Shown here: positions 29,394 through 42,524 of the stretch, piece by piece | Position numbering within the stretch: position 1 is the stretch's first letter | How the letters are laid out: the number at the start of each line of letters is the position of its first letter | Assembly: GCA_964016885.1 (NCBI GenBank) | Contig: OZ024742.1 | Coordinates: 211,978,001-212,042,000, forward strand | Length of the DNA: 64,000 nt | Reading direction: 5' to 3' | From: Eledone cirrhosa | Taxonomy: Eukaryota | Notes under the pieces: model-generated | What the model saw: the letters and a program-made list of their open reading frames with translations, nothing else | Database searches by the model: none | Told to the model about the DNA's origin: nothing | Position numbers and translations under genes: made by a program

Positions 29394-30008
29394 CTGATTA
29401 CAAATATTGTTTGTTAATACAGGTATTCTAATAGAACATAAAGCAACTAGTTTACAAAATAATGATTAACTCTCAGTACAGAGGTTCAAATATATTATCG
29501 ATTTTAAAATAGTTATAGTAGCATAAAAAAATAGAGAATTGGAAGAGTTGTTAGAACGTCAGATAGAGTGCTTTGCGGTATCCGTTTGTCATCTGACTTT
29601 TCTCTTTATTATATTCCAAGGGAAATATGTATTTAATTTTTAATATATAAAGAAAATAGTTCCAGTGGCTCAGAGACATCATCATCTTCGCTTAACGTCC
29701 ATCTTCCACATTAGCATGGGTTAGACACAAGTATTCAAACTTTGCTACGGTCAATATGATGCTTCATCTCTATTTAGGCAAAGCATATTATTCTTCTTGA
29801 CTGGCTAACAAATAATTACTACAGCTACTTCAGATTTCAATGGTTAATGATATGTAAGCCAGCTAACTAAAAAATAAAAAAATGTTGCTTTAAAATATAT
29901 CATACCTATGCTACCAGACAAAACAACACAAATAGCAGTTGTTTTAATTTTAAATGTTGCTGTTTGTAGCCCCATGTGATTCATACATCCAACACACATT
30001 CTAACATG

Positions 30009-30193
30009 ATAATTGTTTCTACTTTTGGCACAAGGCCAGCAATTACCCAGTGCATTACTGGTATTTTATTTTATCGACCCTGTAAGGATGAAAGGCAAAG
30101 TTAACCTCGGCGGGATTTGAACTCAGAATGGAAAGGGCCGTAACTCTATGCGTTAAAGCATGGCGTCTGACCCTCTACCGATACTGCCAATCC
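30009..30193 (-). mobile_element. tRNA-derived SINE with Deu/Nin-like central domain
   Basis: Inverted copy of 50338-50525: GAGTTCAAATCC B box and GCCTTTCATCCTTAC.GGGTCGATAAAAT. Confidence 0.8.
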
Positions 30194-31087
30194 ACCGTCC
30201 TTACTGCCATTCTAACATAATAATACTACTTTGTGATTTGTCTATGAAAATTTCAATCATTAATCATATTGCCAGATTCACCATCAACTCTTAATTTTAA
30301 TGTTTTTAGGTTTCAGAATTCCTTCTCCTACACTTGTATTGATTATATGAAAATATCCTTCATATCTTAGAAAAGTTTCTGGCTGCATTTAATAATCAAG
30401 ACTTTCATGTATGAGAAATGAAAACTAAGACATAGAATGCAACTTCTAGAGATGACAAAATAACAGAATTATATTATTTTATTGGTTTCAGTCAAAGGAT
30501 TGTGGCCATGTAGAGTTATCATATCCAAGAGTTTTAGTCAAGTATATTGACTTCAATACTTAGATTGGTACAAATTTTATTGAACTATATTTATCTTATG
30601 GATTTAAATATAACACATTTTACACTGGTATTAGCTCTTAGCTCAGCTTGTTCCATTGGGAACATAAGTCAACCAATCGTCTCCGGCAGCTCATTGACAT
30701 CCGTGCCAGGTAATGTTGATGGTTTGTAGGTCGATATACACAAACACACATAAATTCAATGTAATTCTGCACAGTTTCTGCCCACCAAATATAACCGAAA
30801 CTATGGTAGAAGACACTAGTCAGTAAAATCACACCCGGAATCATGTGGTTGAAACGAAAATTCTTAAGTATAGGGCCATGTATGCACCATACTTTATAAA
30901 AAAATAATATAACAAACAAAAAAATATATAAAACAAAATTTCTTTATAGTGTTTAGTGTCAATAACCCAATCAAATAAATGGACATTTCAAAATTTAACA
31001 GACATTAAACACTATAGAGAAATTTTGTTTTATGCATTTTTTTTTTAGTTATATATATATATTTTTTTTATTTGATAGAATACTTAC

Positions 31088-31347
31088 TCGTCCCAATTTA
31101 GCTGGAAGTGCAGGAGGAGTTCCCATATTTTCAGCTGAGCCAATGCCAGACGTATTATCTGAACTTCCACTAGAGATATCAGAGATGACACTGATAGTAT
31201 TAGATCGAGGATATATTGACCTATGTAACTCTCTCTGGTGATGTTTCCATTCAGCCTCGAAGAAGTTAAGTGATCGGCGAGATATGAGCGCTAATTCCGT
31301 AGCATTAGGCTGCATACAAGAGCCAAATGTTTGCATATACGTTTGAA
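31088..31347 (-). CDS. RAPGEF1: RAPGEF1 exon (IQTYMQTFG...PPALPAKLGR)
   Basis: cttttcag acceptor, gtaagt donor, phase 1-0. The spliced PPLPPKKKHIQTYMQ resembles C3G PPLPEKKNKHMLAYMQ. Confidence 0.9.
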
Positions 31348-32056
31348 CTGAAAAGTATAGAGGTAAATGGATAAATTATATCAGTGATAAAAAACATTTC
31401 ATTATTGTTTTTCTCAAAACAAATTCACAAATAGACATTTGATCAAAATTACGAGAGAAAATTGAAAATAAAACACAAAAATGAATTTTAATAGAATTTT
31501 AAAACTCCTGAATAATAATATTAAATGCAATGTTCAATATTGAAAATTACATGTAATGTCTGAAATGGTTGACATGGCACTAAAATGAGATTTGAAATCT
31601 AACTAATATATTAGCAAAAGAAAATACAACTATCTGATAGAATAAAATATAATCAACACCATACAATTTAACTTCAAAGTAAATTTGCCCGACTGGTTGA
31701 CCATTAAAAATAAAGTCCAAATATTACACATACATGAATACATAATTGTTTGCCTGTTACTTGATTTCTTCATCAGATATCACCAAATTAATCCACCAGA
31801 CTCTGCTGTGTTTGGATAAGTACATGTGTGAGCTTCAATAGATTACTAAAATTCTTTGAGGTAAGGAAATTAAAACTTTAATACATCATTAGGACACAGT
31901 TTCTGTATTTTATACACAAAACTTCAAGTGAGTTTTACAATTGGTGGTGAAAGTGGTGATACACTGATGTGAGTTCACAATAGCTAGTTCAATTAGTCTT
32001 TTGTGAGAGCAGAACATCATGGCAGTTACATTTTAAGGTGAAACAGTGCAGTTTAA

Positions 32057-33327
32057 CCCTTTCGTTACCAAGCCGCTCAAAGCCGCCCGAAAAAAATTTT
32101 GGTTCATGTGACCAAGCCGCCCAAAACCGCCCATACTCACACATTCATATTTAAATGAGAATTTCAGAGCAAATCTCGTTAGTACATTTGTGAAAACACG
32201 TGATTATACTGCGTAAACAATTGAGCTAGTTTTGGACAACAATCGACGTGTTATTTTAATTCTGTGAATTTTTGGAGATTTTTTTCCAAATTTGTTTGTG
32301 TTGTGTTTTGAAAATTTGTAATTTTGACAAAAAATGGATACCAATTTCATTCTGTCAAGCAGCGAGTCAGAATTCGAAGGATTTTCCACTGAAGACCTTG
32401 AAAAATCTAACTCTATAACTGAAAAAAAAAAGCACGTGGTATTTGATAATGAATCCGATGTTTCTTTTTCCGAAAGTGAAAACAGTGAATCTGAAAGCTC
32501 CGATGACAGCGATAAAGAAAATGAATTGGCACCTGAATGGAGTAAAAGTTTAAAAACTTTCTTTCAGTGATTTTTGTGAAGAAACTGGACCAAGTCACAG
32601 TCTATCAGCAAAGCTTTAGACTATTTCCTTTTACTTTTTCCTATACTGGGTACTGCTCTGGATTTGAATTTTATACTGGCAAAAGAGACAATTATGTAAG
32701 TCAGCATGGCCTAAGGTATGATGTGGTCTGGAATTTATCACTTCCATACCATAACCAGGGCCGTATATTATTTTTTGACCGGTTTTTCAGTTCGGTCAAA
32801 CTTGCAGAGAATTTAGATACTGTGGCAACACATACATGTGCTACAGTGATCGCTAATAGAAAAGGACTGCCGTTGGATATAAAAAAAGCAAAATTAAAAA
32901 AAAAAGGTGAAATAATTCAACGGCAGAAAGGAAATTTGCTAGCGACCGCATACAGAGAGAAGAGGCAGATCAATTTTCTGTCTACCTGTGCACGGCCACA
33001 TGTGGATGAAAATGGCACCCCATTTGTGAATCTCGATTTTAACAGGTGGTGTAGATCAGATGATGTCTTATTATCCAGTTGGCAAACCGGGGAATAAATG
33101 GTGGCGATACCTGGTTTGGTATATAGTAAATATGAGTATTACTAATGCGTTTATACTATATACCAAATCGGGACCGGCTCGAAAGCGATGTGACCATCTG
33201 CAGTTCCGAGCAGATATAGCAACACAATTAAGAGCTGGTTATTCCTAAAAAAAAATAACTGTAGGGAGAAAAACTAAAGCCTGCCAGAGGGATATCTCTC
33301 TGAATTCAGCCGATCTCCATAAATTAG

Positions 33328-33366
<39 letters not shown>

Positions 33367-34157
33367 AGGGTCGCAAAAAGCAGTGTCGTGAAGGCCTTCA
33401 TCAAAAAAGGAAAGCTCCTAGTGGAAGATCTGTTGAAACAACTTTCCAATGTGCATTCTGCAAGGTTGCATTATGTAGAGCAGGGTGCTTTACAAGTTTT
33501 CATGATAGGAATATTGTTTGATTTGTAAATGTGTGATTTGATTTTATTAATATTTTCAAATTTACTTCGTTTTTATTTTTCTTTATGTGTAATTTTAATT
33601 TACCAGTAAGGTGAGTGACGAGTTTTGATTAATTTCTTTTGTAAATCATTATTGTATATTTCTGCGTATCTATGTATGTGGGAGAGCTTATTTAATCTGT
33701 TGATGGTGTGTGTATTTTGTTTTCTAGTTTTCTTCACAGACAAATTCCAGTCTTTCGTTTTATTTATACCGTTATGGTACTTTTGTGTGTTTAAATTCAC
33801 CTGATAAATCCAGTAATGTGCACAACTCTTCTATAGTAAAATTTTGTTGTATACCCAATTGAATATTAGCTAATAACCCATTTTCTATAGCGATGTTTGA
33901 ACAAAATTTAAATAATTTCATATTTTGTTGAATTTACCTGTATTTACCTGTAATTAGAGTCACTTTTAGACATAAATTATGGAATAGAATTGGTTGAGAA
34001 CCTTTCGTTAAAATTTCTTCCAAAAATCACATTAATATGTTGATAAATAAAAAAGTTAGAGTTGTTTAATGAAACCAGACTAAATTTATGATTATGTTAG
34101 AAATTAATTGAAACACATAAGGGGTGTATTTTGGTTAGAAATATGGTAACGAAAGGG
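32057..34157 (+). mobile_element. piggyBac element, intact ends, internally deleted and frameshifted transposase
   Basis: TTAA TSDs at 32053-56 and 34158-61; perfect 14-bp TIR CCCTTTCGTTACCA. Protein remnants: acidic N-terminus, FEFYTGK, FFDRFFSS, NRKGLP, KWWRYL, C-terminal CAFCKVALC..CF..FH. Confidence 0.93.
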
Positions 34158-34737
34158 TTAAGACAAAAAGTAAATTGTTGTCTTTTTGTCTTTTCCAGAA
34201 ATAGGGTGTAAAGTGATAGTGATTCAGAAGATAAAAACATTAAAATGGGTGTGATGCGAGATAGAAATAAGTCAAATTATTAGTTCTCAATGTTCACTGA
34301 TATAATCTTTAGTTATTTTTAATCTTTCAAAACAAGTAAATAAAATTTTAACTTTGCCATAATGAGGACTGCTTTTCTGTAACCCCCCCCCCCTCCCTTC
34401 TTCTTAATCCAAGCTTCAAAAAACTAAAAAGTATATAATATATCATCATTTTACATCCATTTTCCATGTTGACATGGGTTGAACAGGTCGTTATGGTTCG
34501 GAGAACCACATCTTACTCATACATTCTGTATTATGGCATGGTTTCTATGGCTGGATGCCCTTCATAATGCCAACCACTTTAAAATATATATTTTATTAAG
34601 TATCTTATGTTTTGTTATTTCTTAACATAAGGTATAATTCTTTTTCCTATTTCAAAAATATATTTGGAGATGCTAAATCTGTAGCAATATCATATCAATA
34701 TTAGTAAAATGTACAAAAACAATTTGAAAGCACATAC

Positions 34738-35249
34738 TATGTTTCTTCTTTGGTGGTAATGGTGGTGGTCCATGCTGATGTAAACTCTCCAAACTTGAAT
34801 GACTGATACCAGATGAGAACTCTGAACTGGATATGGTTTCTTGTGAACTTTGTGAGAAGAAATAAGAGCTGGATTTATGAGAGTGAAAGTGTGAGAAGGA
34901 TGGCATGCCACTGGCCATAGCACTGTTGAAATGAGAGACCATGCGCGTATTCAGGCTACTGCTACTGCTACAAGAAGTGCTGTGACTGCTCATGTGACTT
35001 AGGGTTTGGCTCATGCCAGTAGTATTAGCACATATCCCCACCAGGCCACTGACCGGTAAGCCCCCAGAACCTTCTCCCAGTGGTACATTGTCATAATGTG
35101 ATGGGAAGCGGGGTGATTTTGAACCCTTTGCAGGCACAGGAGGTGGAACATCCTTGATGCTGGTTGTTAACTGGTTTATTTTTTTGGTCAGTTGGTTAAT
35201 TTCATCAACAGCAAGAGCATATTCAACACTGCTTTCCATTGTAGCACTC
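34738..35249 (-). CDS. RAPGEF1: RAPGEF1 exon (PPVPAK, SHYDNV, Ser/His-rich, PPPLPPKKKH)
   Basis: ttgcag acceptor, gtatgt donor, phase 2-1; Crk-SH3-binding PxxPxK motifs. Confidence 0.9.
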
Positions 35250-35646
35250 CTGCAATTAAATATTTGATATAAATATATGAAGCAGTGATATTTTTATGAA
35301 TACTTTTTAAATAATAAAGTATACAGAAAAAAAAAGAAAGTAAAACTTTTTGAAAAAAAATAACTAAAATTTTTCACTGAAATTCAATGAAAAATTATAT
35401 TTTTATATAATTATAATTGCAAAGTTAAAAAGAAAAAATTATCAAATACAATATTGCTTATTTTATACAATTTCAAAAGGATATTTCATTTAATTTTATT
35501 GTATTGTATTGCTTAATGGTAAAAACAAAACATTCTGAATATTGTAGAATTTTTTTTAAATTGTATTTTTGTTATAATATTATTATAAGAGTTAGTAAAT
35601 TTCAATATGGAAATATAATTGGGTAGAAATAAGAATGAAAGCTAAC

Positions 35647-36030
35647 CTTGAATCTGAAGAGGCATAAGAAAAACTATTAGTTCTACTACTTCGATTACTA
35701 CTGCTAAGTAAATCATCCATTGATTGGTTGAGACCAGAACCAATACTGCTGGCGGGAGAGCGACTTAAAGGGGAACAACTGCGTGGAGATTGGCTGGATG
35801 GAGTTACTAGTCCTGAGCTATTGCTACAACCACCGAGAGAATGGTCTTGAGATGGACTAGGAAAAAGCATGCTACTAAGTGGGGATTGGCTTGAAGAAGA
35901 GTGACCATTGCTATCTCCTTTGCTGCTTCCCATCATGTTTAAGGTGGTGGCACTTGAGATGCGCTGCTTTTCCGGAAGAGGAGGAGGAGTTTCAAGCTCA
36001 CTCTCTTCAGTTGAAGATTTGCTCATCAAT
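35647..36030 (-). CDS. RAPGEF1: RAPGEF1 exon (TPPPLPEKQR, Ser-rich)
   Basis: cttttatag acceptor, gttagc donor, phase 2-2; the most upstream exon found in the window. Confidence 0.88.
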
Positions 36031-36544
36031 CTATAAAAGAAACAAATGGTGAAAAAAGTTAAAAACTACTTACAATATTTGTTACCAATATTATTAGTAC
36101 AACTATCTATTTATTAATAATATTAGTTACGAGTATCTTTGGCAAACAAATATTACTATATGCAAAATGTCAAATATGTTTAATGAATTTGAAATATTGA
36201 ATGATGTATATAAAAATATTTGAATAATCAATGATTTAACAGTATATTTCTCATTAAATCACAAATATATCAATAATTCATTATTTAGGAATCTCATTAA
36301 ATAGGCTAAGCATTTAAAATAGCTTTCAACAGAAGAGAAGAAAATTATTTTTATAATTAAATAATTAAAACTACAAGAATATACACAATTTATATAACTA
36401 TATTTTTATAATAAGGGAGTGGGGATCATCATGCTTTTCAGTAAAATATATTTTTATAGTAAATATCAAAATTAATTAAAATGTTTTATTCTATATTACT
36501 AATTCTTTTTAAAAATATATTTTCTCTGTGAATTATACATGTAA

Positions 36545-36756
36545 ATTTCAGGGTGTTGTATTCTTGAATTACTGTATATTCTTGCATCACGAAAGAGCCA
36601 TTTTAGCCAATTATGACCCCCCCCCCCCCCCCAAAAAAAACCCTCTGTCATATTGACTTTTCATTTATTTCTCAATAATATAATTTACTATGAAGTGTTA
36701 AAACATCTTGTCACACTTATGTGACGTGGTTACTGACAAAAGTGCAACCCTGAAAT
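36545..36756. mobile_element. Possible old MITE
   Basis: Imperfect inverted ends ATTTCAGGGT(G)TTG ... CAACCCTGAAAT. Confidence 0.3.
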
Positions 36757-38859
36757 ATATATATTCTTAGTCGTACTATATGTTGATCATTCTCACTCTT
36801 TAAAGTATTTATTGAATTTAGATAAATATGTGTGCGTGTGTGTCTGTGTTGTGGTGTGGTTGTGTGTCTGTACATGCATACACATGATTATTTCAGAGAC
36901 ATCTGTAAATTGAAGTGTTTAGGCAAAAAAAAAAAAGATACATGCCAAGCCTGTGTGCGTATATGCACTCACACACACATAAAAAAAGCCTCTCCATAAT
37001 ATATTTAAAATGATCCATTTGTCTTAAATGTCTATTTGAATACTTGATTGATCTGTTAACACTTGCTATATATATACGGTCACACTTAAACCCACTCACA
37101 AAACTATATCTTTTGTTTTTAGTCTTATAAGATATTTTCCACATTTGACCATATAAAATGTTAAACCCATAACTGATGGTAGGTTAATTTAATTTTCAAG
37201 AGCTCTTTTCATCCATTTTCAAAATTATATATGTATATATATATACTTTGCATTCTTAAATCGTTACCTAGACTACCTAACAGTTTGTTTTGTTTACTCT
37301 CATTATTTTATTTTATTTTTTTTTTTACTTGGACCACCTTTTATTTTTTGTATCTATCCTTTGTGATCCTGTCTTTATTTTTGTACTCCTGAAGAAGGGA
37401 GTACAAACGTACTAAAGCCTGACGTGTCGGACTTTCTTTCCCTTTTTCCATATAAAGCATGAAACTAATAAGACATTTTGTACTTATGTTTTGTCGTTTC
37501 CTTGAACTATATATAAATATAGTTCAATATACACTATATTTAGTTCTGCTTTGATCACATCTCTATACATTGATATATATATATATATAGTTCAATATAG
37601 ATATTGACTATTTCCAAAATGAAATGGGCTACTACAGGAAATAGTCAATATCTTACCCAAGTCTTTATTGAAAAACAACTTTACAGCAATCTGACCTGCC
37701 CAGCTATTATAGATCTTGTATCACTCATAATATATTAAGATTAAAAGCATACACTCTGACTCTCAAGAATAATCTAACAAAAATCATGCCTGCATCTTCT
37801 GAGCTACAACCATTTTGTTAAATGATAAATTTCAGTACAAAAGTTAGTTGCCAAGAATAATCACATTAAAAAACAAATATTTACTTTTAGATAAATACGC
37901 TCCCACCATCTGTTGCAATATTTTTAAAAGGAGAAATATATAATTCCTGAATGTTCATACTGTTTATAAAAAATATATACAAATAGTATAGTCGTGGGAT
38001 GCACATGAGCTTGTATGTTCAAGACAGTTGGGCTGCAGTTAGTTTTCTTTACCTCTTCACCCCCATGGTTGATTTTATTCAATGGCATCAACCAAATTAT
38101 AAGCAAATAGAAAATTTCAAATAAATAGTATTGCATGCGAGTTTTAATTTATGCTGAACATCCCAACCAGCAAAAATGACATGACTATATTCCTCCTATA
38201 TCTCAATAATGATTAGGAATTTTTTTACATGCTAGCATATGTTTAAGGAAGTGTGTGTGTGCACAAGCATTAATTATCCAAAGTTCTAATTTAACATTAC
38301 ACAATATATTGAATAGCACAAGCATCTCATTGTTAATTAATAGATATATAACTTTGGTTTTGTATGCCATATTTATGGAATCATTTCAAATTCTTGCCAT
38401 GGATATAACCAAAAGATTTATACTGGAAAAAAAATAATTGTAAATATAATTTTAGATTTCTGTTGGACAAATTTATATTCTTTATGTTGATGGTTAATTA
38501 TGCTTAATTTTAATCTTTAACACGGTAAAATATATTTTTATGCCAGCATGCTGATAAATGCAAGATTGAGAACAGCCTGTAAGGTGGTTGAGGATAGGAA
38601 GGGTAGTATACTGCAGAAACCATGCCAAAAAGAGTTGTGTCAGGCATCTAACTTATCTAATGTTGGTGACCTACACAATAAATGTACCCATGGAAAACAC
38701 GTTAAATTACGATGATGATGATATATATACACCAAATAGACACACATAAATACACTTATGTACATACACACGCACACATATATATACATAGAATTTTATT
38801 TATTACACATTAACAGAAGACCTGTTTTCCCATGTGCACAGTATGAAGCACACCTCTAG

Positions 38860-39422
38860 GGAGCATTAGTCTGCACCAACCTTTCCCCTTCCCTGCCCAC
38901 ATCTTAATACTCATCTATTCCTCACCAGCTAAGTATCCCTCTCTCACTCACCCTCCACCCCTGCCTTCTACACCTCTCTTGTCCAACCCATGCATACAAG
39001 CATGGAAAGCTGGACATACTCTACTCTCCCAATGCTGCAGCCAAGTCAAAAAGCACATAGGCCAACCTGTAAGGTGGTTGTGCTGATGACAACAAAAAGC
39101 ATCCAGTCTATCCAGTAAAGTAGTTATGCTGGTGACATGACAAAAAGCACCGTCCATCACATAGGGTGGTCATGCCAATGACATGACAAAAAGCACCCAG
39201 CTCTCTCTAAGGTGGTTGTGCTGATGACATGACAAAAAGCCCCCAGTCTATACTGTAATGTAGTTGGCATTAGAGAGGGCATCCAGCCATCGAAACTAAA
39301 CCAGAAACAGTTACATTTGAGCAAGACAGGGTCACCTCACCTAACTTGTCTCACAATACGACAACCGGTCTAATCCATGCAAGCACGGTAAATAGATGTT
39401 AAATGATGGTGACGATGATGAT
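38860..39422 (+). mobile_element. Old RTE 3' UTR with ~43-bp subrepeats
   Basis: Repeated AAAAAGCAC.CAG...GTAAGGTGGTT units, GGGCATCCAGC, (ATG)n tail. Confidence 0.7.
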
Positions 39423-40201
39423 TAAAATACTTATAAGTGATATGGAATTTGTTGAGGATTAAATTCAGAGTAGAATTCAAGTAATTTTATTTAATTTTAC
39501 TCAATGTCTTTTGCTTTTTTTTTTTTAATACATATCTTGATACTTTTCTAATTCAAACACACAACTATAATTTCATTTACAATTAAAATATATAATTTAA
39601 TTGTTCTGACTTAGCAAGTAGAACCCCCAAATCGGGATTGCATGATTGTGAATATAAATGGCCAAGTGGTAGTATGTTGAAATGCACCAGCAAAATATAA
39701 GCTGGATTATTGGAGCAGTTTTAACATGAGAAAGAATATTCAATCATCACCACCCCAATGCAATAAGCCGAGACAGTCTGGTGTACAGAACACCAGGAAC
39801 AAGCCACCTCATGGTACTGGTAGTGTCACTTCAAAGGATAGCGAAGATGTGTTGAAATAACTATTTCAACTTGAGTGGCTTGCACCTGTAGGTGACCAAT
39901 AGCAGTGAGTAGGGCGGTGGTACAGAGACAAAGAATGTTGGAAGTCTCAACTACTACAGATTCAACGATAATTGCATGACAGTAAATAACATTTGGAGCT
40001 TGTATAAAATAAGGAAGGACTTAAAATTAATCTTTGATTAATGATGACTTAATTAGGCATGAATCGTTATACTAGTAAAATAAAGAAAGAGTACAGTATC
40101 TTAACTACTCAAGTATAAAAGAAAAAACACAGCAGCATGTTAGAATATGTACTATACATCATGAATTTAAGGCTTGCTACAGTCATTGTGATGTGCCTTA
40201 A

Positions 40202-40415
40202 CCCTTAAGCATTTAAACCGGCTGTATCCGGCCAGAATTCTCTCACCTCTTTCTGTTCAAACTGGCCATAATCAGTTGCTCATACTTATGTTAAGGTATT
40301 GTTCTCAAAATAAATAATATCAAAATCTCATAGATTCATTACTATGCGAGATAATTGTGAAATAAAGTGTTTACCATGAAAATACAATAGTAAATATAGA
40401 GTAATGTAAATGCTA
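40202..40415. mobile_element. piggyBac-type MITE copy, right TIR truncated by mariner fragment
   Basis: Homologous to 26723-26930; stops at ...TAAATGCTA. Confidence 0.85.
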
Positions 40416-41227
40416 TCGCCACCTAATTCCTCTACTTGCTTCACTCTGAACTACTTTGTAGTTCATTATTAGCATGCATTTTGAACCTCCAAATTTGTGG
40501 AAGAGACACAGAGTTCTTCTTGGAATCCACGCCGGGAGGACAGATAAGGAAATTTCAGAAACTCCCAGAACAACAGGTGGCTAGCTGTCTCATCCAAAGA
40601 CGTGCCCAGAGTCATGCAGACAAAGTTTCCAGTGACAACATTGGTCTTAGGTGTCGTCAGCAATCAAGGTGACGTTATGCCACCTCACTTCTTCCCTGAG
40701 GGCCTCAAGCTGAACACCGATGGCTACATCCGTGTTCTGAGTGAGGTAGTAAAGCCCTGGATTGACCAGGTAGCTGCAGGTAGGTCGTACGTGTGGCAGC
40801 AAGACTCAGTGCCCTGCCATACCAGCCGAAAGACCCAAGCCTGGTTGTCAAAACTTTGTCGACCACACTTCACCCGACATCTGGCCTCCCAGCTTGCCTG
40901 ACTGCAACCCCCTCGACTTCTTTGTGTGGGGCGCAGTGGAACGAGACACCAACAGATCTAGCTGCAATACGAAAGATGATTTGAAGGCCAGGATCACAAG
41001 TGCCTTTAGGGGCCTAAGTTGGAGGACAGTGATGAAGGCCTGTAGCTGGTTCCGAGGCCGCCTTGAGGCTGTCATCAAAACCAATGGCGGGTTTATCGAG
41101 TGAGAACGAAAGAACAAGTCATGAAGACAAACTGACCCAAATTTGATAAATAAATCTTAAAAAATAAAACTACTGTGTTATTTTTTCCTAGACAGTAATC
41201 TTGCGAACAAATATCATTCGCACCGTG
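40416..41227 (+). mobile_element. Tc1/mariner (maT/DD37D-like) transposase pseudogene with right TIR
   Basis: VLGVVSNQGDVMPPHFF, YVWQQDSVPCH, frameshift, then PDCNPLDFFVWG; TIR ends at TA. Confidence 0.88.
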
Positions 41228-41284
41228 TATATATACAGGGTGCGAACGATATTTGTTCGCAAGATTACTGTATATATATATATA

Positions 41285-42135
41285 CTAGCAGTGGTACCCG
41301 GCGTTGCACGGGATAAGGTGTTTTGGAACGCAGGCCGCCAACACACCTAATCATGGAAAAACTGCATGCCTGGACAATATGTAAAGAAAATAAACCGAAT
41401 ACTCTGATGGCTGGATAATCTTTAAGATTTTCCTCGAAGCAGGAAAAATGCAGGTTTTCACCTAATGCGGGCCCTAGGGGATCAAGAAAATAAATTTTTT
41501 TAATGGAAAAGCAGCTAGACGTAACGCCTCCAAAAAGCCCTAAAAAGCTGAAAAGATGAAGTTTTTCACCTAATGCAGGCCCTAGGCCATAAAAAAGTTG
41601 GATTTTCTTTGCTCACGGTATGAAGAAGAGACTGACTAATACATAGTTACAATTTCAAGGAAATTGGTCTGATGTAACGCCTCAAATAACCCCTAAAAAC
41701 CTGAAAAAACGCAGTTTTTCACCTAATGCGGGCCCTAGGAGATCGAAAAACTGAAACATAAGTAATACACATGTAAAGTTTGAAAAGAATCGGTTGGGTA
41801 CTTCTTGAGCTTTAGGGATTCAAACTCAGACACACAGAGACAGACATCCTCAGGGAAGTGACGTAAAGCAAACAGCCTGACATACAGACAGATATTATAA
41901 AGGCGCGACGTTATATGTATGTATCTATCTAAAAAGAGAAAGACTAAGAATTATAGAGAGAGATCGTTAAATCGCCTAATGCAGTCCCTAGGGCATTGAA
42001 AATTTGAAATTTTTTTTTGCTCAGAACATTCCCTGAAATATAAGTAATACATGTGTAAAGTTTGAAAACAGTCGGTTGGGTGGTTCTCTAGTTTTAGGGA
42101 TTCAAACTCACACACACACAGACAGACAGTTTTAT
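41285..42135 (-). mobile_element. Non-autonomous Helitron-like element
   Basis: Minus-strand 3' end: hairpin CCCGTGCAACGCCGGG then CTAG|T. (GTCT)n near the other end. Four internal CCTAATGC.G.CCCTAGG subrepeats. Confidence 0.7.
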
Positions 42136-42376
42136 ATATATATATATATATATATACATTAAAAGAGAAAACACAGGTAAGTGCAATCTTATATCGCTAT
42201 ACTGCAAATAGCAGCCACCCGATAATAACTGTTACTCACCTCCAAATTTTCAAAATAATGAATAAGTTACTTCTAAAAGGTTCTTAATACATAAAAAAAA
42301 CATTTTTTGGGAATCGTATTTACTAGTATAGAGAGAGAGGAAGGGGGAGAAGAATTAGGAAGTAGAGGGACAAATG

Positions 42377-42522
42377 GAGATGGAAGGAGGGGTAAAGATG
42401 GAAGGATTCCTCGATCAGTTTTGATTCGTAGACTTGATGTCTACACTGTAAATTGACGACATCAAGTCTACGAATCAAAACTGATCGAGGAATCCTTCCA
42501 TCTTTACCCCTCCCTCCATCTC
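42377..42522. repeat. Inverted repeat, 65-bp arms, 16-nt spacer
   Basis: 42377-42441 vs 42458-42522 with 1 mismatch; abuts the CR1 3' tail. Confidence 0.93.
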
Positions 42523-42524
42523 TG

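Noticed and set aside
30638-30919. Possible extra RAPGEF1 exon
   Set aside because: No convincing splice sites and no C3G-like peptide.
37657-37710. Minus-strand GTAAGA donor as an upstream exon
   Set aside because: The required phase 2 frame contains a TAA stop.
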